A stretch of DNA of 64,000 nucleotides, taken from Ignavibacteriota bacterium (GTDB lineage: Bacteria; Bacteroidota; Ignavibacteria; Palsa-1295). Made by a program: the position numbers and the translations under genes. The stretch is taken from positions 693 to 64,692 of the forward strand of contig PLYO01000010.1 of NCBI GenBank assembly GCA_003151825.1, written 5' to 3'. The notes beneath the pieces are model-generated. The model made no database searches. It was not told where the DNA came from and saw only the letters and a list, made by a program, of their open reading frames with translations. Below are positions 35,181-45,700 of this stretch, piece by piece. Position 1 is the stretch's first letter; each line of letters opens with the position of its first letter.

Positions 35181-37457
35181 ATGCTAAGTAGTGTAGCGGT
35201 TTTGGCGGCTGTTGCGGCGTTTGTGATCGCGCTTTCGAGTCCGCTTTTCGCGGTGCTGGGCTTCGAATACTCCGCGCTCATGGCGCTGGCGCTCAGCTTG
35301 GTCTGTGGGATTGCGGCTATTAAGCGCCAAAGGACGAAAAAGACAAAAACGACCAAAGTGGTGGTGGCGATTTTTTTTGAAAGCGTGGTTCTTGCTTTCG
35401 TCCCTTTAGTCATTTCAGTCCTTTCCCTGCCATTTATCCCGAATTGCGCGTTTTGGGATGGGCTGCTTTTTTACATCGAAATTGCCTACCCCAGCGCGAT
35501 CCTCGGGGGGATCTTCGGGCTTTCCTGCTCATGGCTTGTGAAGCAGCCGCGAAATGCGGCATTCCTTTTTATCATCTTCTGGATTATAACGCTTTTTTTA
35601 TCCCTATTGCCCGGCTATTACAATCCTCAACTCTTCACCTACGGCTGGCAATACGGCTTTTTCCCGGGATTAGTGTGGGATGAATCCCTCCAATTGACGA
35701 ATGCCTATCTCGCCGTGCGATGCGAACATGTGCTCCTTGCGGCGCTTTTGCTTTCATTGGCTTTACTCAGGCGAAGAATCTTTGGGAAGGATAGGTTCGA
35801 TGAGACCGATAGGTACGATCGGTTGCATTGGTCTTTGCGAGTATTTCTTTTGGCTTGTGTGGTAGCACTGTTTGCCTTGCAGGATAAGCTTGGCATCACG
35901 GTTTCGCACGATGTTCTTCAACAACAATTAAGCGGCTCTATAAGTATCATTCCCAATTGCACGATTTATTACGCGCCCAACTCGCTCACCAAGGATGAGA
36001 TCGATAAGATCGACCGCGACGTGCGATGGTATCTTCACGACATCGAGCGCCGCTTCGCCCTTTCGCCTCATCACCCATCCATTCGTATCTATATCTATCC
36101 CTCGAACGATGCGATGTTCGCGCTCATCGGTACGCGCGAAGCTTCCATTGCAAAACCGTGGCTCGGGGAAGTCCATATCGCAAAAAATAATTTAGAATCT
36201 TTGAAACACGAACTCACGCATGTGCTACTGCGTGAGAAGGGAGTATTTCCATTTTACGCAAGCTGGTCCACCGGCATTACGGAAGGCGCGGCCATGTCCG
36301 TCGAACCGGAATACGATGGTATTTACACGCTCGACGAGCACGCGGCGCGCATTCTGCAATTGCACTATGCGAGTGGCGTAACTCCAATCATGTCGTTCAG
36401 CGGCTTTGCCGCGAATGCTTCTCAGAAAAGTTATGTCCTTGCGGGATCGTTTTCGCGTTATCTTTTGGGCAAATATGGCCCCGGCCCGTTCGACCGCGTG
36501 TATGCCTCGCTCGATTGGCAAAAAGAATACGGCAAACCGCTTGACTCGCTCGAATCGGAATGGAAGCGCTGGCTCGCGCCCATGATGACGCCGATGGACG
36601 CCGGCGACTCCGAGCACTTCCGCTATTATTACGACCGAACTTCGATTATCTACAATCCCTGTCTGCGCCGCATTGGAAAATTAGAACGAAAAGCGGCAGA
36701 AGCTTCTGCTCACAATGAATTGCAGGATGCCCTATCCTATTATCATGCGGCGATTGCGGAGGGCGCAGGGATTTCGTCACTCATGGGAGCGGAACGCGTG
36801 CTTCTCCGCATGAGCAATTGGCGCGGCGCGATGACCATACTCGACACCACACGAACGGCGAGCATTCGTAAACAAATTGCTGCCCTTGACTTTCAACGCG
36901 CCGATCTTCATGTCATTGCCCGCGACACGGCCCTTGCCGATTCGCTATACATCCATACCGAATACTTAAAATTAGGTAGAGATCGTTTCTTACTTGCCTA
37001 TGCGAGCCGCATTCTTATGCATGCGAGTCCCGATTCTCTCTGGAAAAACTATCTTGAAAATGCTTTCAGCAATAAAAAGTGGAACAAAAGTTTGAACGAT
37101 TCCTGCCTCCTTGCCATGGCTGCATATTATGCACGTTTTTCTTTTTCCGATACCACGCTCGCTTCGTTTGCAATCGCCATTCTTCGCTTCGATAATTTTG
37201 TGCGCGAGGGTAAACTTTTGGAAGCGGCTAATCTGGAACCCGGAATTTATTCTCACTCCCATCTCGCTGAGAATGATTCCCTCGCACTTTCTATTTTTGA
37301 AAGGAATCAATCGGAATTACAGCCCGGTCCGGCAGGAGAAGAATTTTGTCCGATGAAATACCGGCGCGCAGCACAAGAAATCGCCGATGAGATCAATGCG
37401 GAGTGGAAATACCTTCAATCGAATCCAGCCGCACCCGTCCATGGAACGAATCCATAA
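35181..37457 (+). CDS. Polytopic membrane protein with Peptidase_MA-like domain and TPR-like C-terminal region
   Basis: 758 aa. About 6-7 N-terminal TM segments. LKHELTHVLLREKG...STGITEGAAMSVE (HExxH plus downstream Glu). Helical repeats toward the C-terminus. Confidence 0.8.
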   Translation: MLSSVAVLAAVAAFVIALSSPLFAVLGFEYSALMALALSLVCGIAAIKRQRTKKTKTTKVVVAIFFESVVLAFVPLVISVLSLPFIPNCAFWDGLLFYIEIAYPSAILGGIFGLSCSWLVKQPRNAAFLFIIFWIITLFLSLLPGYYNPQLFTYGWQYGFFPGLVWDESLQLTNAYLAVRCEHVLLAALLLSLALLRRRIFGKDRFDETDRYDRLHWSLRVFLLACVVALFALQDKLGITVSHDVLQQQLSGSISIIPNCTIYYAPNSLTKDEIDKIDRDVRWYLHDIERRFALSPHHPSIRIYIYPSNDAMFALIGTREASIAKPWLGEVHIAKNNLESLKHELTHVLLREKGVFPFYASWSTGITEGAAMSVEPEYDGIYTLDEHAARILQLHYASGVTPIMSFSGFAANASQKSYVLAGSFSRYLLGKYGPGPFDRVYASLDWQKEYGKPLDSLESEWKRWLAPMMTPMDAGDSEHFRYYYDRTSIIYNPCLRRIGKLERKAAEASAHNELQDALSYYHAAIAEGAGISSLMGAERVLLRMSNWRGAMTILDTTRTASIRKQIAALDFQRADLHVIARDTALADSLYIHTEYLKLGRDRFLLAYASRILMHASPDSLWKNYLENAFSNKKWNKSLNDSCLLAMAAYYARFSFSDTTLASFAIAILRFDNFVREGKLLEAANLEPGIYSHSHLAENDSLALSIFERNQSELQPGPAGEEFCPMKYRRAAQEIADEINAEWKYLQSNPAAPVHGTNP

Positions 37458-38028
37458 CCGCCGCAAGGAACGGTTCCAATTTCGATTCCCGAATGGCAAT
37501 GGTTAGCGAAACGCTCGTAAGATAGTTCGATTCCTGAATATGGCCTTCGAACACGTGGATGAGACGTTCCATCGAAGGCAAATCCTCATAATGAACTTCG
37601 AGCTGAACTGTCTTGGTGAGATAGGCTTTTACGATTTTGGACATCGAAACGGCCTGCTGTGCCGCTTCCGCATAGGCTCGCGCAAGGCCGCCCGTTCCCA
37701 ATTTCGTTCCACCAAAAAAGCGCGTGACGACAAGCAGGACATTCGTCAGCTTCCGCGACGTTAGGACCAGCAAAATCGGTTTTCCTGCCGTTCCTGCCGG
37801 CTCACCATCGTCGGCTGCGCGCACGAGAAGTGCTCCCGCGCCGAGACGGTACGCAAAGGAATGGTGTGTGGCATCATGAAATTCCTTGCGAATGTTCGCA
37901 AGGCAATGTTCGACACCCTCTTTCGTTTCCACGGGGATAATGTCCGCGATGAACCGCGAGCCTTTGATTTTCAGATCCGGCGCGCGGAGCGGCGAGGCGA
38001 TGGTGTAATAAAAATCTTCGAGTGACAT
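37393..38028 (-). CDS. yigZ: IMPACT/YigZ-family protein
   Basis: 211 aa. IKGSRFIADIIPVETKEGVEHCLANIRKEFHDATHHSFAYRLG. The 3' end overlaps the convergent upstream gene by 65 nt. Confidence 0.88.
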   Translation of the reverse strand: MSLEDFYYTIASPLRAPDLKIKGSRFIADIIPVETKEGVEHCLANIRKEFHDATHHSFAYRLGAGALLVRAADDGEPAGTAGKPILLVLTSRKLTNVLLVVTRFFGGTKLGTGGLARAYAEAAQQAVSMSKIVKAYLTKTVQLEVHYEDLPSMERLIHVFEGHIQESNYLTSVSLTIAIRESKLEPFLAAVMDSFHGRVRLDSIEGISTPH

Positions 38029-38142
38029 TTATCTAACGTAGTGGCGGGGTTCCCCACCTGCCCCATTGCTTCAGAGGGCAAGCGCAGAAACCGCGCCACT
38101 ACAAACGGGATGAAGTGCCTAAAGGGTTTGTTTCTTCTAACT

Positions 38143-39375
38143 ATGAATATCGGCATTACCTGCTACCCCACGTATGGCGGCTCCGGCGTTGTTGCTACGG
38201 AGCTTGGAAAGTCGCTGGCCGAGCGCGGGCACCGCGTACATTTTATCACCTACGCGCTCCCCATGCGACTCACCGGCGCGGGGCATGAGGACGCGCGGTA
38301 TCTCGATAATATTTTTTATCACGAGGTCGAGATGTCCACCTATCCGCTGTTCGAGTTCCCGCTGTACTCGATGGCTCTCACGAGCGCGATGGTGGAAGTC
38401 GCGCGCTTCGAAAAGCTCGATCTCATTCACGCGCATTATGCCATTCCCCATGCGACCGCCGCCGTGCTCGCCAAGCAAATCTTGAAAAATGATATTAAGA
38501 TTGTCACCACGCTGCATGGCACGGACATTACCCTCGTCGGCCTCGAACCAAGTTTCGAGCCACTGATGAAATTCTCGATTGAATCTTCGGACGCCGTCAC
38601 CGCCGTCTCCCAATATCTCCGCGATGAGACCATCGGAAATTACGATGTCGAAAAAGAGATCGAAGTCATTCCAAATTTTATCGACACGGAGACGTTTCGA
38701 CCTATTGATTCCAAGAATCTCAAACGGCTGCTTGCCCCGAACGGCGAAAAGCTCCTTGTGCATACCTCGAATTTTCGCGAAGTCAAGCGCGTGAAGGATA
38801 CCATCCACGCGCTGAAAATCATTCTCGATCGCGGCATCAAAGCCAAGCTGTTGCTCATTGGCGATGGCCCTGACCGCGGCGAGTGTCAGGCGCTTGCGCG
38901 GGAACTTGGCATCTGGCAACAAACCAGATTTCTCGGCAAGCAAAGCGAGCTTGCGTCCGTCCTCTCGGCGAGCGATGTGTTCCTGATGCCCTCTGGCAAC
39001 GAAAGCTTCGGCCTTTCCGCGCTTGAAGCGATGGCCTGCGGTGTGCCCGTTGTTTCCAGCGACGCCGGTGGTTTACCGGAACTTAACATCGACGGCGAAA
39101 CGGGATTTGTCGTTCCTGTCGGCGACATTCAAGCGCTCGCCGAACGAACGACCGAGCTCCTTACAAACAAACCACTCCACACGCGCACAGCCAAAGCCGC
39201 CTATCGCCGAGCAACCGGGGAATTCGCAAAAGAACGAATAGTTCCGATTTACGAGGCCGTGTACAAAAGCGTTCTAAATAAATCTGCCCAAAAGAGTAAA
39301 GCCGGAATAAATCCTAAACCGGTAAGAACCTCGAAGCATACGTCCGAGCGCTCCCATCCGTCCTATCATGGCTAA
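38143..39375 (+). CDS. bshA: N-acetyl-alpha-D-glucosaminyl L-malate synthase (bacillithiol biosynthesis glycosyltransferase)
   Basis: MNIGITCYPTYGGSGVVATELGKSLAERGH..., LIHAHYAIPHATAAVLAKQIL, VTTLHGTDITLVG, SNFREVKRV, ESFGLSALEAMACGVPVV. Collinear by eye with B. subtilis BshA. Carries a ~30-aa basic C-terminal extension. Confidence 0.88.
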   Translation: MNIGITCYPTYGGSGVVATELGKSLAERGHRVHFITYALPMRLTGAGHEDARYLDNIFYHEVEMSTYPLFEFPLYSMALTSAMVEVARFEKLDLIHAHYAIPHATAAVLAKQILKNDIKIVTTLHGTDITLVGLEPSFEPLMKFSIESSDAVTAVSQYLRDETIGNYDVEKEIEVIPNFIDTETFRPIDSKNLKRLLAPNGEKLLVHTSNFREVKRVKDTIHALKIILDRGIKAKLLLIGDGPDRGECQALARELGIWQQTRFLGKQSELASVLSASDVFLMPSGNESFGLSALEAMACGVPVVSSDAGGLPELNIDGETGFVVPVGDIQALAERTTELLTNKPLHTRTAKAAYRRATGEFAKERIVPIYEAVYKSVLNKSAQKSKAGINPKPVRTSKHTSERSHPSYHG

Positions 39376-40126
39376 TTCTGAATCCGTGCTTGCGGTCCGC
39401 AACCTGCGAAAGCTCTACGGCGAAACGGTCGCCGTCGATGGCATTTCGTTTGAGGTAAAGCAAAACGAAATCGTTGGTCTGCTGGGACCAAACGGCGCCG
39501 GAAAAACGACGACGATCAACATGATCCTCGGCGTTCTTGAACCTACAGAGGGTTCCATCACCATTCATGGAATCGATCTCGCCCGTCAACGGTCGCGAGC
39601 ACTGGAGAATACGAATTTCGCGGCTGTCTATGCGCCGTTGCCCGGAAATCTTACGGTCGCTCAAAACTTGCGAATCTTCGGAATGCTCTATAACGTCGCA
39701 AATCTTTCGGAACGAATCGAAGAAATGCTGAATGCTTTCGACCTTCAGAAATTTCGGAATACGAAATGTGGCGTGCTTTCCTCCGGTGAACAAACGCGCT
39801 CCGGTCTCGCCAAAGCGCTCCTGAACGAACCCCCGCTTCTTTTGCTCGATGAGCCAACCGCTTCGCTGGACCCCTCCGCCGCACGCTATATTCGAGAAAC
39901 GATTGTCGAGTTTGTGAAGAAGATGGCCGTTGGCGTCCTCTGGACATCGCATAACATGTATGAAGTGACGGACGTATGCGATCGCGTGCTGTTTCTCTCA
40001 CGTGGGAAGGTTTTGCTCGAAGGCGATCCGAAACAGCTTCCTGAAACGCATGGAAAAACTTCCCTTGAAGAACTGTTCGTAACGGTGGCGCGCGAGCCGC
40101 TCTCGTTGGAGGTGCCTACGCTATGA
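39368..40126 (+). CDS. ABC-2-type exporter, ATP-binding subunit
   Basis: 252 aa. GLLGPNGAGKTTTINMILGV, LSSGEQTRSGLAKAL, LLLLDEPTASLD. The start overlaps bshA by 8 nt. Confidence 0.9.
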   Translation: MANSESVLAVRNLRKLYGETVAVDGISFEVKQNEIVGLLGPNGAGKTTTINMILGVLEPTEGSITIHGIDLARQRSRALENTNFAAVYAPLPGNLTVAQNLRIFGMLYNVANLSERIEEMLNAFDLQKFRNTKCGVLSSGEQTRSGLAKALLNEPPLLLLDEPTASLDPSAARYIRETIVEFVKKMAVGVLWTSHNMYEVTDVCDRVLFLSRGKVLLEGDPKQLPETHGKTSLEELFVTVAREPLSLEVPTL

Positions 40127-40923
40127 ATATCCGGCGTTCTTCTGCCATTGTGCTGCGCATCTTTTACCTCATGCGCGGGAGCTTCACCCGTGTGTTCCCG
40201 CTATTCGCATGGGCCGCCATCGACATTATTCTTTGGGGTTTTATTACTCGTTATTTGGATACGGTTCAATCGACGTTCAATTTTGTTTCGACGCTGCTCG
40301 GCGCGGTGCTTCTATGGGATTTCTTCACGCGTGCCATGTTTGGCGTCTCGACTTCATTTTTTGAAGATGTGTGGTCGCGTAACTTTCTTAATATCTTCGC
40401 CACCCCGCTCCGCATATCGGAATATCTCACCGGTCTCATCGCCGCCAGCATGATGACAAGCTTTATCGGCCTGATCGTAATGCTGCTCATGGCCGGACTC
40501 ATCTTCGGCTTATGGATTTTTTCGTACGGTCTCGTCGTACTGATACTTCTTCTCGGATTATTTTTATTTGGCATCGCATTCGGAATTTTTGCTATCGGCA
40601 TTGTTCTGAGATTTGGCCCGGCAGCCGAGTGGTTTATTTGGCCGATGCCAGCGGTGCTTGCACCGGTAGCTGCGGTGTTCTATCCCGTTTCCGTGCTGCC
40701 AATATGGCTGCAACCGATTGCCAGAATACTTCCCGCTTCGTATATCTTCGAAGCACTCCGAGCCGTCGTGGCCGGACAAGCAATTCCCATGTATTCGTTG
40801 TGGATTGGCTGCATTCTCTCGGTCGTTTATGTGTTTCTTGCGTCTTGGTTTTTCCGAAGGATGTATCTTCATGCCGTCCGAACGGGATTAGTCGCGCGAT
40901 ACAGCGCGGAATCGATTTCATAA
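40123..40923 (+). CDS. ABC-2-type exporter, permease subunit
   Basis: 266 aa with six hydrophobic segments. ATGA overlap with the ATPase gene. Confidence 0.85.
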   Translation: MNIRRSSAIVLRIFYLMRGSFTRVFPLFAWAAIDIILWGFITRYLDTVQSTFNFVSTLLGAVLLWDFFTRAMFGVSTSFFEDVWSRNFLNIFATPLRISEYLTGLIAASMMTSFIGLIVMLLMAGLIFGLWIFSYGLVVLILLLGLFLFGIAFGIFAIGIVLRFGPAAEWFIWPMPAVLAPVAAVFYPVSVLPIWLQPIARILPASYIFEALRAVVAGQAIPMYSLWIGCILSVVYVFLASWFFRRMYLHAVRTGLVARYSAESIS

Positions 40924-40924
40924 T

Positions 40925-42130
40925 ATGAGAATCGTCATGGTCGGACCGGTGTATCCCTTGCGCGGAGGTATCGCGCATTACGTTTCGCTGCTGACGCAAA
41001 CGCTCATCCGGCGCGGCCATGATGTGAAGGTCATTACGTTCAAGCGGCAGTATCCGAAGCTTCTCTTTCCCGGAAAATCTCAGGAAGAAACTTCCATGAC
41101 CAATGACAAATTGCAAATGACACATGGGGAATCTGCCGCAAGCGACATTCGTGATTCGTCCTTCAAAATTCGTAATACCGAAGCGATCATCGATTCGATC
41201 AATCCGATCACATGGATCCAGGCCGGCTCCGCAGCCGCGAAATTCAAGCCCGATCTTATTATCTTTAATTTTTGGATTCCTTTTATCGCTCCAGCTTATG
41301 GCGTCATGGCGCGCACCGCCAGGCGCCTCCTGCGAAAGGGCGGCCACGACTCCAAGATCCTCTGTATTGCGCATAATGTCGTACCGCACGATAAGCGCCC
41401 GGGCGATCGGATGTTTACAAAATTTGCGTTTCGTGTTTTCGATTCGTTTGTTGTCCAGGCGGAGATCGTCGAGCGCGACCTCAAATCCATTATTCCGAAT
41501 GCGAAATTCATCCGGCTCGATCATCCCGTTTATGAACTTTTCGGGGAGCGCATGGATCGCTCGGAAGCCCGGCGTAAACTTTCGATCCCGAACGATGCTC
41601 CCGCCATTCTCTTTTTCGGCTATATTCGAAAGTACAAAGGACTCGATATTTTGCTTCGAGCCATGCCGCAAATTATCGAACAGCTTCCCGAAATCCGCCT
41701 TATCGTGGCCGGGGAATTTTATGGAGACGAGCAGGAATATCGAACGCTCATCGATGAACTTCGCATTCCATCCAAGAATCTCATCCTTGTAAACGATTAC
41801 ATTCCCAACGAAGAAGTGCCGCTCTATTTCAGCGCCGCAAATGCCGCCGTGGTTCCCTACCGTTCGGCAACGCAATCGGGAATTGTGCAGATCGCATACA
41901 ATTTCGATGTGCCGGTGATTGCCACGAACGTAGGAGGTCTTCCCGAGATCGTAAAAGACGGCACGAGCGGACTCATAGCGCGCGATCTCACCCCCGAAGC
42001 CACCGCCGAAAAGGTCATTCGGTTCTTTCAGGAGCGATTAGAAAGCAAGCTCATCCAAGGCGTCATCGAAGAGAAGAAAAAATATTCCGGGGATGCCTTG
42101 GCCGAAGGGATCGAGATGTTTTCCCAATGA
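40925..42130 (+). CDS. Glycosyltransferase, GT4 family
   Basis: 401 aa. MRIVMVGPVYPLRGGIAHY..., C-terminal EEVPLYFSAANAAVVPYRSATQSGIVQIAYNFDVPVIATNVGGLPEIV. Confidence 0.88.
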   Translation: MRIVMVGPVYPLRGGIAHYVSLLTQTLIRRGHDVKVITFKRQYPKLLFPGKSQEETSMTNDKLQMTHGESAASDIRDSSFKIRNTEAIIDSINPITWIQAGSAAAKFKPDLIIFNFWIPFIAPAYGVMARTARRLLRKGGHDSKILCIAHNVVPHDKRPGDRMFTKFAFRVFDSFVVQAEIVERDLKSIIPNAKFIRLDHPVYELFGERMDRSEARRKLSIPNDAPAILFFGYIRKYKGLDILLRAMPQIIEQLPEIRLIVAGEFYGDEQEYRTLIDELRIPSKNLILVNDYIPNEEVPLYFSAANAAVVPYRSATQSGIVQIAYNFDVPVIATNVGGLPEIVKDGTSGLIARDLTPEATAEKVIRFFQERLESKLIQGVIEEKKKYSGDALAEGIEMFSQ

Positions 42131-42145
42131 TTGTGCGGGGGGAGT

Positions 42146-42368
42146 TTGGAGTTCATGAACTGTGGCATTTCTGAGCCACTTTCGCCACTTTTCCAAAATT
42201 ATTCATCAAAGAAGCACCTGTTTTCCCAATGAACACTACTTCTACCCACGATCGATTTTCAATGAACAATCGCCCCCATTTTATCCTTTCCCCAGTCGGG
42301 TGCCTATCACAGCACACACTAATATACGCACTTATTTTGCCAATGTCAAGTGTTTGCGAAAAATAATT
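42146..42368 (+). repeat. Dispersed ~240-bp intergenic element, copy 2
   Basis: Same ordered conserved blocks and the same orientation as 26244-26497. It directly abuts the family B hairpin cluster. Confidence 0.75.
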
Positions 42369-42383
42369 GAAAATAATTCTCAG

Positions 42384-42583
42384 TGTCGTTAGGCACGGCA
42401 TATTTGTAGCCCAGGGCGTCAGCCCTGGGTTTGCGATTTTATTAGAGCCAGGAGTCCCGTAGGGACGGCATATTATTTCCTGCTCGCGGGGGATGTGCCG
42501 TCCCTACGGGACTCTGTGGGTGTTGCGCTCATCGAACCCCGCGCTTACGCACGGGGCTACAAAGATGCCGTCCCTACGGGACT
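42384..42583. repeat. Composite double-hairpin element, family B, cluster 1
   Basis: Order: reverse unit (tatttgtagcccagggcgtcagccctggg), half units (gtcccgtagggacggcatatta / atgtgccgtccctacgggac), forward unit (ccccgcgcttacgcacggggctacaaagatgccgtccctacgggac). The cluster as a whole is an inverted arrangement. Confidence 0.88.
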
Positions 42584-42702
42584 GAAATGAAATCCAAGTT
42601 CAGACATTTTATCTCAAATGCGCCAACGAAACCCGCTGAACATTCCCATTCACACGAACCACGCACGCATACATCCCAGCCGCTTCGCCGATGTATTCAA
42701 AA

Positions 42703-45700
42703 CTATCGCTCGATGGTCATTTGTTTACTCTCGACAACACCATTAGCCGAGATTCTGCAATAATATGTTCCGGGAGCGAGCGAGGAAAGGTCGAACGAGC
42801 TTGTATGTGTGCCCGCATCGAACGTTCCTTGAACTGGCGATTCAATCTCTTGACCAAGCACGTTGCAGATTGTCACCCGCACCATGCTTTGGTCGCTCAA
42901 TGTAAAGCTTAACGCGCCTTTGCCGGTAGTGGGATTGGGCCAGACTTGAAGTGCGAGCGTAGTCGGTGCTGGGATGTCCGTTGTTGGTGAAACTAATGAC
43001 GCCGCCGAAATGGGAGGACTCCAGCAGCTTTGAATTCCATTGCCATAAGCATCGATACTGATGTGCTTATTCTGTAGATTTTGAACGACGATCACCGCGC
43101 TATCAGCTTGTACGTAGGCGCTGCCGTAGATAGAGTCCACCCCGTTCGCATCCGTCACTTTGATTACGTATCCAAGCATGCCGACGGAGGCAGTAGGTGT
43201 CCATCGGAGAAGAACGGTGTCACCATTCAATTGCTCAAACGTCGGATTCGTCGGCCCTAATGCTGAGGTCTTCGAGTTATCGAGTTGTAACGATGCATAC
43301 GATTGTGAAATATACGCGCCATTAACGCGCGCCGCATAAAGATAGTACTGGCACGCGGGAAGCGAATCGTTCAGGTCGAACGAAAGCGTTCCGGCTTTAT
43401 CATTGGCTGTGGCGACGAGGAAACCTGTGTAGCCGCTGCTACTATCGTCAAGATAAGCCGTCACGTCGGCGCTGTCACCGTTGGACAAGGGTGTCCACGT
43501 CAGCGTAATGTGTTTGCCAACTTGGCTTGCGGTGAATTCTAATGGATCATCCATCGGCTCTGCCTCCGCATCGACAGTGTCCGTTGCCGAGCGCCCCGGC
43601 ATGGAAAGTTTCCAGATACCCGCCACCGGGTTCTTCACCAACCAAAAGCCGTGATTAGAACTTGGATCGGTCGTGTACTGCACAAGCGAATCGCCCGGCG
43701 CATTCGTGTGCGATTTATTAGAAGGATCGATGACCGTCGAAGCAGAAGGCACTCCATTTGAACGAATGCGAATGACCACATAGGCGGTATTCACGGGCAC
43801 CGTGATCGAATCGAGCGGGAGTGAGAGGATTTGGTTCTTACCGGCAGGGTGAGCGATGCTAAGCGGGATCGTGCCACGCCCGAAATCAATAGAAGGCACA
43901 TTCAGATTGGCCGAAAGGTGAGCGGAGCCGATGATTGGAACCGAGATATTTGCAGTCATGACGCCGCCCTTCAAGTTCATCTCCACGTTTGCGAACTGAA
44001 GAGGGAGCATAGAATTAATGTAGTCGGAGATCGGGTCGAAATCCTCATTCGGTACTTTGGGGATCGCTAACGAACCGTTTCCCATGCCGATGAGATTTAC
44101 CGCCGGATTCCAGGTGTATGTTAAGTTTCCGTTGCCATTGAAGATATACCCGTTGCCAAATGTTCCTGCCTGGATCGATCCGGAAAACTTTGCATAATTG
44201 TTCCAATCGAGGGTTTCCGTTGCATTGCTCACCACCTGCCATCCGAGGGTGGAAACATTTAGATATTCAAGCGTCATGGAGCCGGTCAGTGTTGAAGGCG
44301 CTTGGTAACTTAGGTCGCCTAACCATCGCATAGTATTTGGCACTACTTCGTCAAGCGTCCCACCGATCGTACATTGTAGCGGGGGATTATTCCAGCCGGA
44401 AGCGCTACCTCGCGCCCCGCTCAAAAGCATGCCAGTCACACCGATCGGCACACCACCTGCCACCTGCTGATAGTTAATGCCAACAGCATTCCACAAGCCA
44501 TTCTTCCACCCCGTGCTAACTCCCAACTCGGCGAATGGCGTCTTGAAATCCGCTCCGAAGCTGAGCGAATCCCCAAGCGAATAATATGACCCGAAGATGT
44601 CCTTCACGCAAAAACCGGACGCGATGCTGACATCTCCGACATGGATTGCACCGCCAATGCCCTCAGATGTGATTTGGATTGGCGCGATGGAGATATCCGA
44701 TGTGCTCGTGCCTATGCTGCTGCATGCACCGCCAATCGTGATACCCGGGATATGCACCGTGGCCCCGAGCGAAACCCCACCGTTAATAAAGTTTATTGAG
44801 TCAATCCGCAACGTGAAGCCGGCAATGGGTGTGGATTGTAGCACGACATTTGTGGCAGGCAATATCCAATTGCATGAATAACCGAATGCAGGCCACGTGC
44901 CTGTGCCGAGTTTGAATGGACCGGAATAAAGCCCACCAGGGAGCACGGTATATACGTAGAATTCCCCATCGGCATTGATAACAGTATTGACCGTATCGAT
45001 CGACATGCCCCCATTAAACATCAGAAAGTTGTTGACGATTGTCATGCCGCTATTCTGAATAACTCCGATTCCGCCACCGCCTTGCCAGCCGGTACCGCCT
45101 GGCGGAGGATATTCCACGTTGTCCGGAACGTCAGCATAGCACGCATCGAAATTTAGCCACGGCAAGCCACTACACAACGATTGATAAATGCAATTGCTAT
45201 CGCTGCCGTTGCTATTGCATGCTTCAATGGTAAAAATGTATGAAAGCCCTTCATCCGGTAGGAATGCCAATGGATCCAAACTATCTGTGAGCAACGCTGT
45301 GTAGCTGCCCGCAGTGGGAACTATGCCGCAATTCTCGATAGTATCATCCAACCAATTGGGAATATCCTGACTATTAATCATATTGCCAGCAGCATCACTC
45401 ACTACGAAATGGTAGTTAGATATATAGCTGGTGTCGCCGTCTATCAAGAGATGAAATGAAAAACGAGCTGCGAAGGAGGAATCTAAGCAGGCCTCTGGTT
45501 CCGAGAGCGCGCCTACCTTTATCCGGACATCGTCTTTTGTGTACGAGAAAGACGCGGAATAAAAAGTATAATAATCGTAGTATACCCCATTCTGGTCGTA
45601 CCCCGAATAGCCGTCGTAAAACGTATCGTAAGAGCAACTAACCGCAGTCCCCCCGTCGTCGATGTGTTGTGGCGTATAACCTTTCTCTGTATTTCCGGAG

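Noticed and set aside
37393-37457. 65-nt convergent overlap of the membrane peptidase gene and yigZ, considered as a regulatory antisense arrangement
   Set aside because: It is most simply explained by a non-conserved C-terminal tail on one of the two ORFs. Nothing else in the sequence supports a special mechanism.
38137-38943. 268-aa minus-strand ORF (also 39314-39952 and 40634-41875)
   Set aside because: These are antisense to bshA, the ABC ATPase and the GT4/permease genes respectively, all of which have strong family motifs. The shadow ORFs are Arg-rich and low-complexity.
42384-42583. CRISPR array (also 46624-46819)
   Set aside because: The repeats occur in both orientations, have irregular spacing, are hairpin pairs rather than a single 24-48-nt direct repeat, and have no unique spacers of constant length. 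No cas genes are present in the window.
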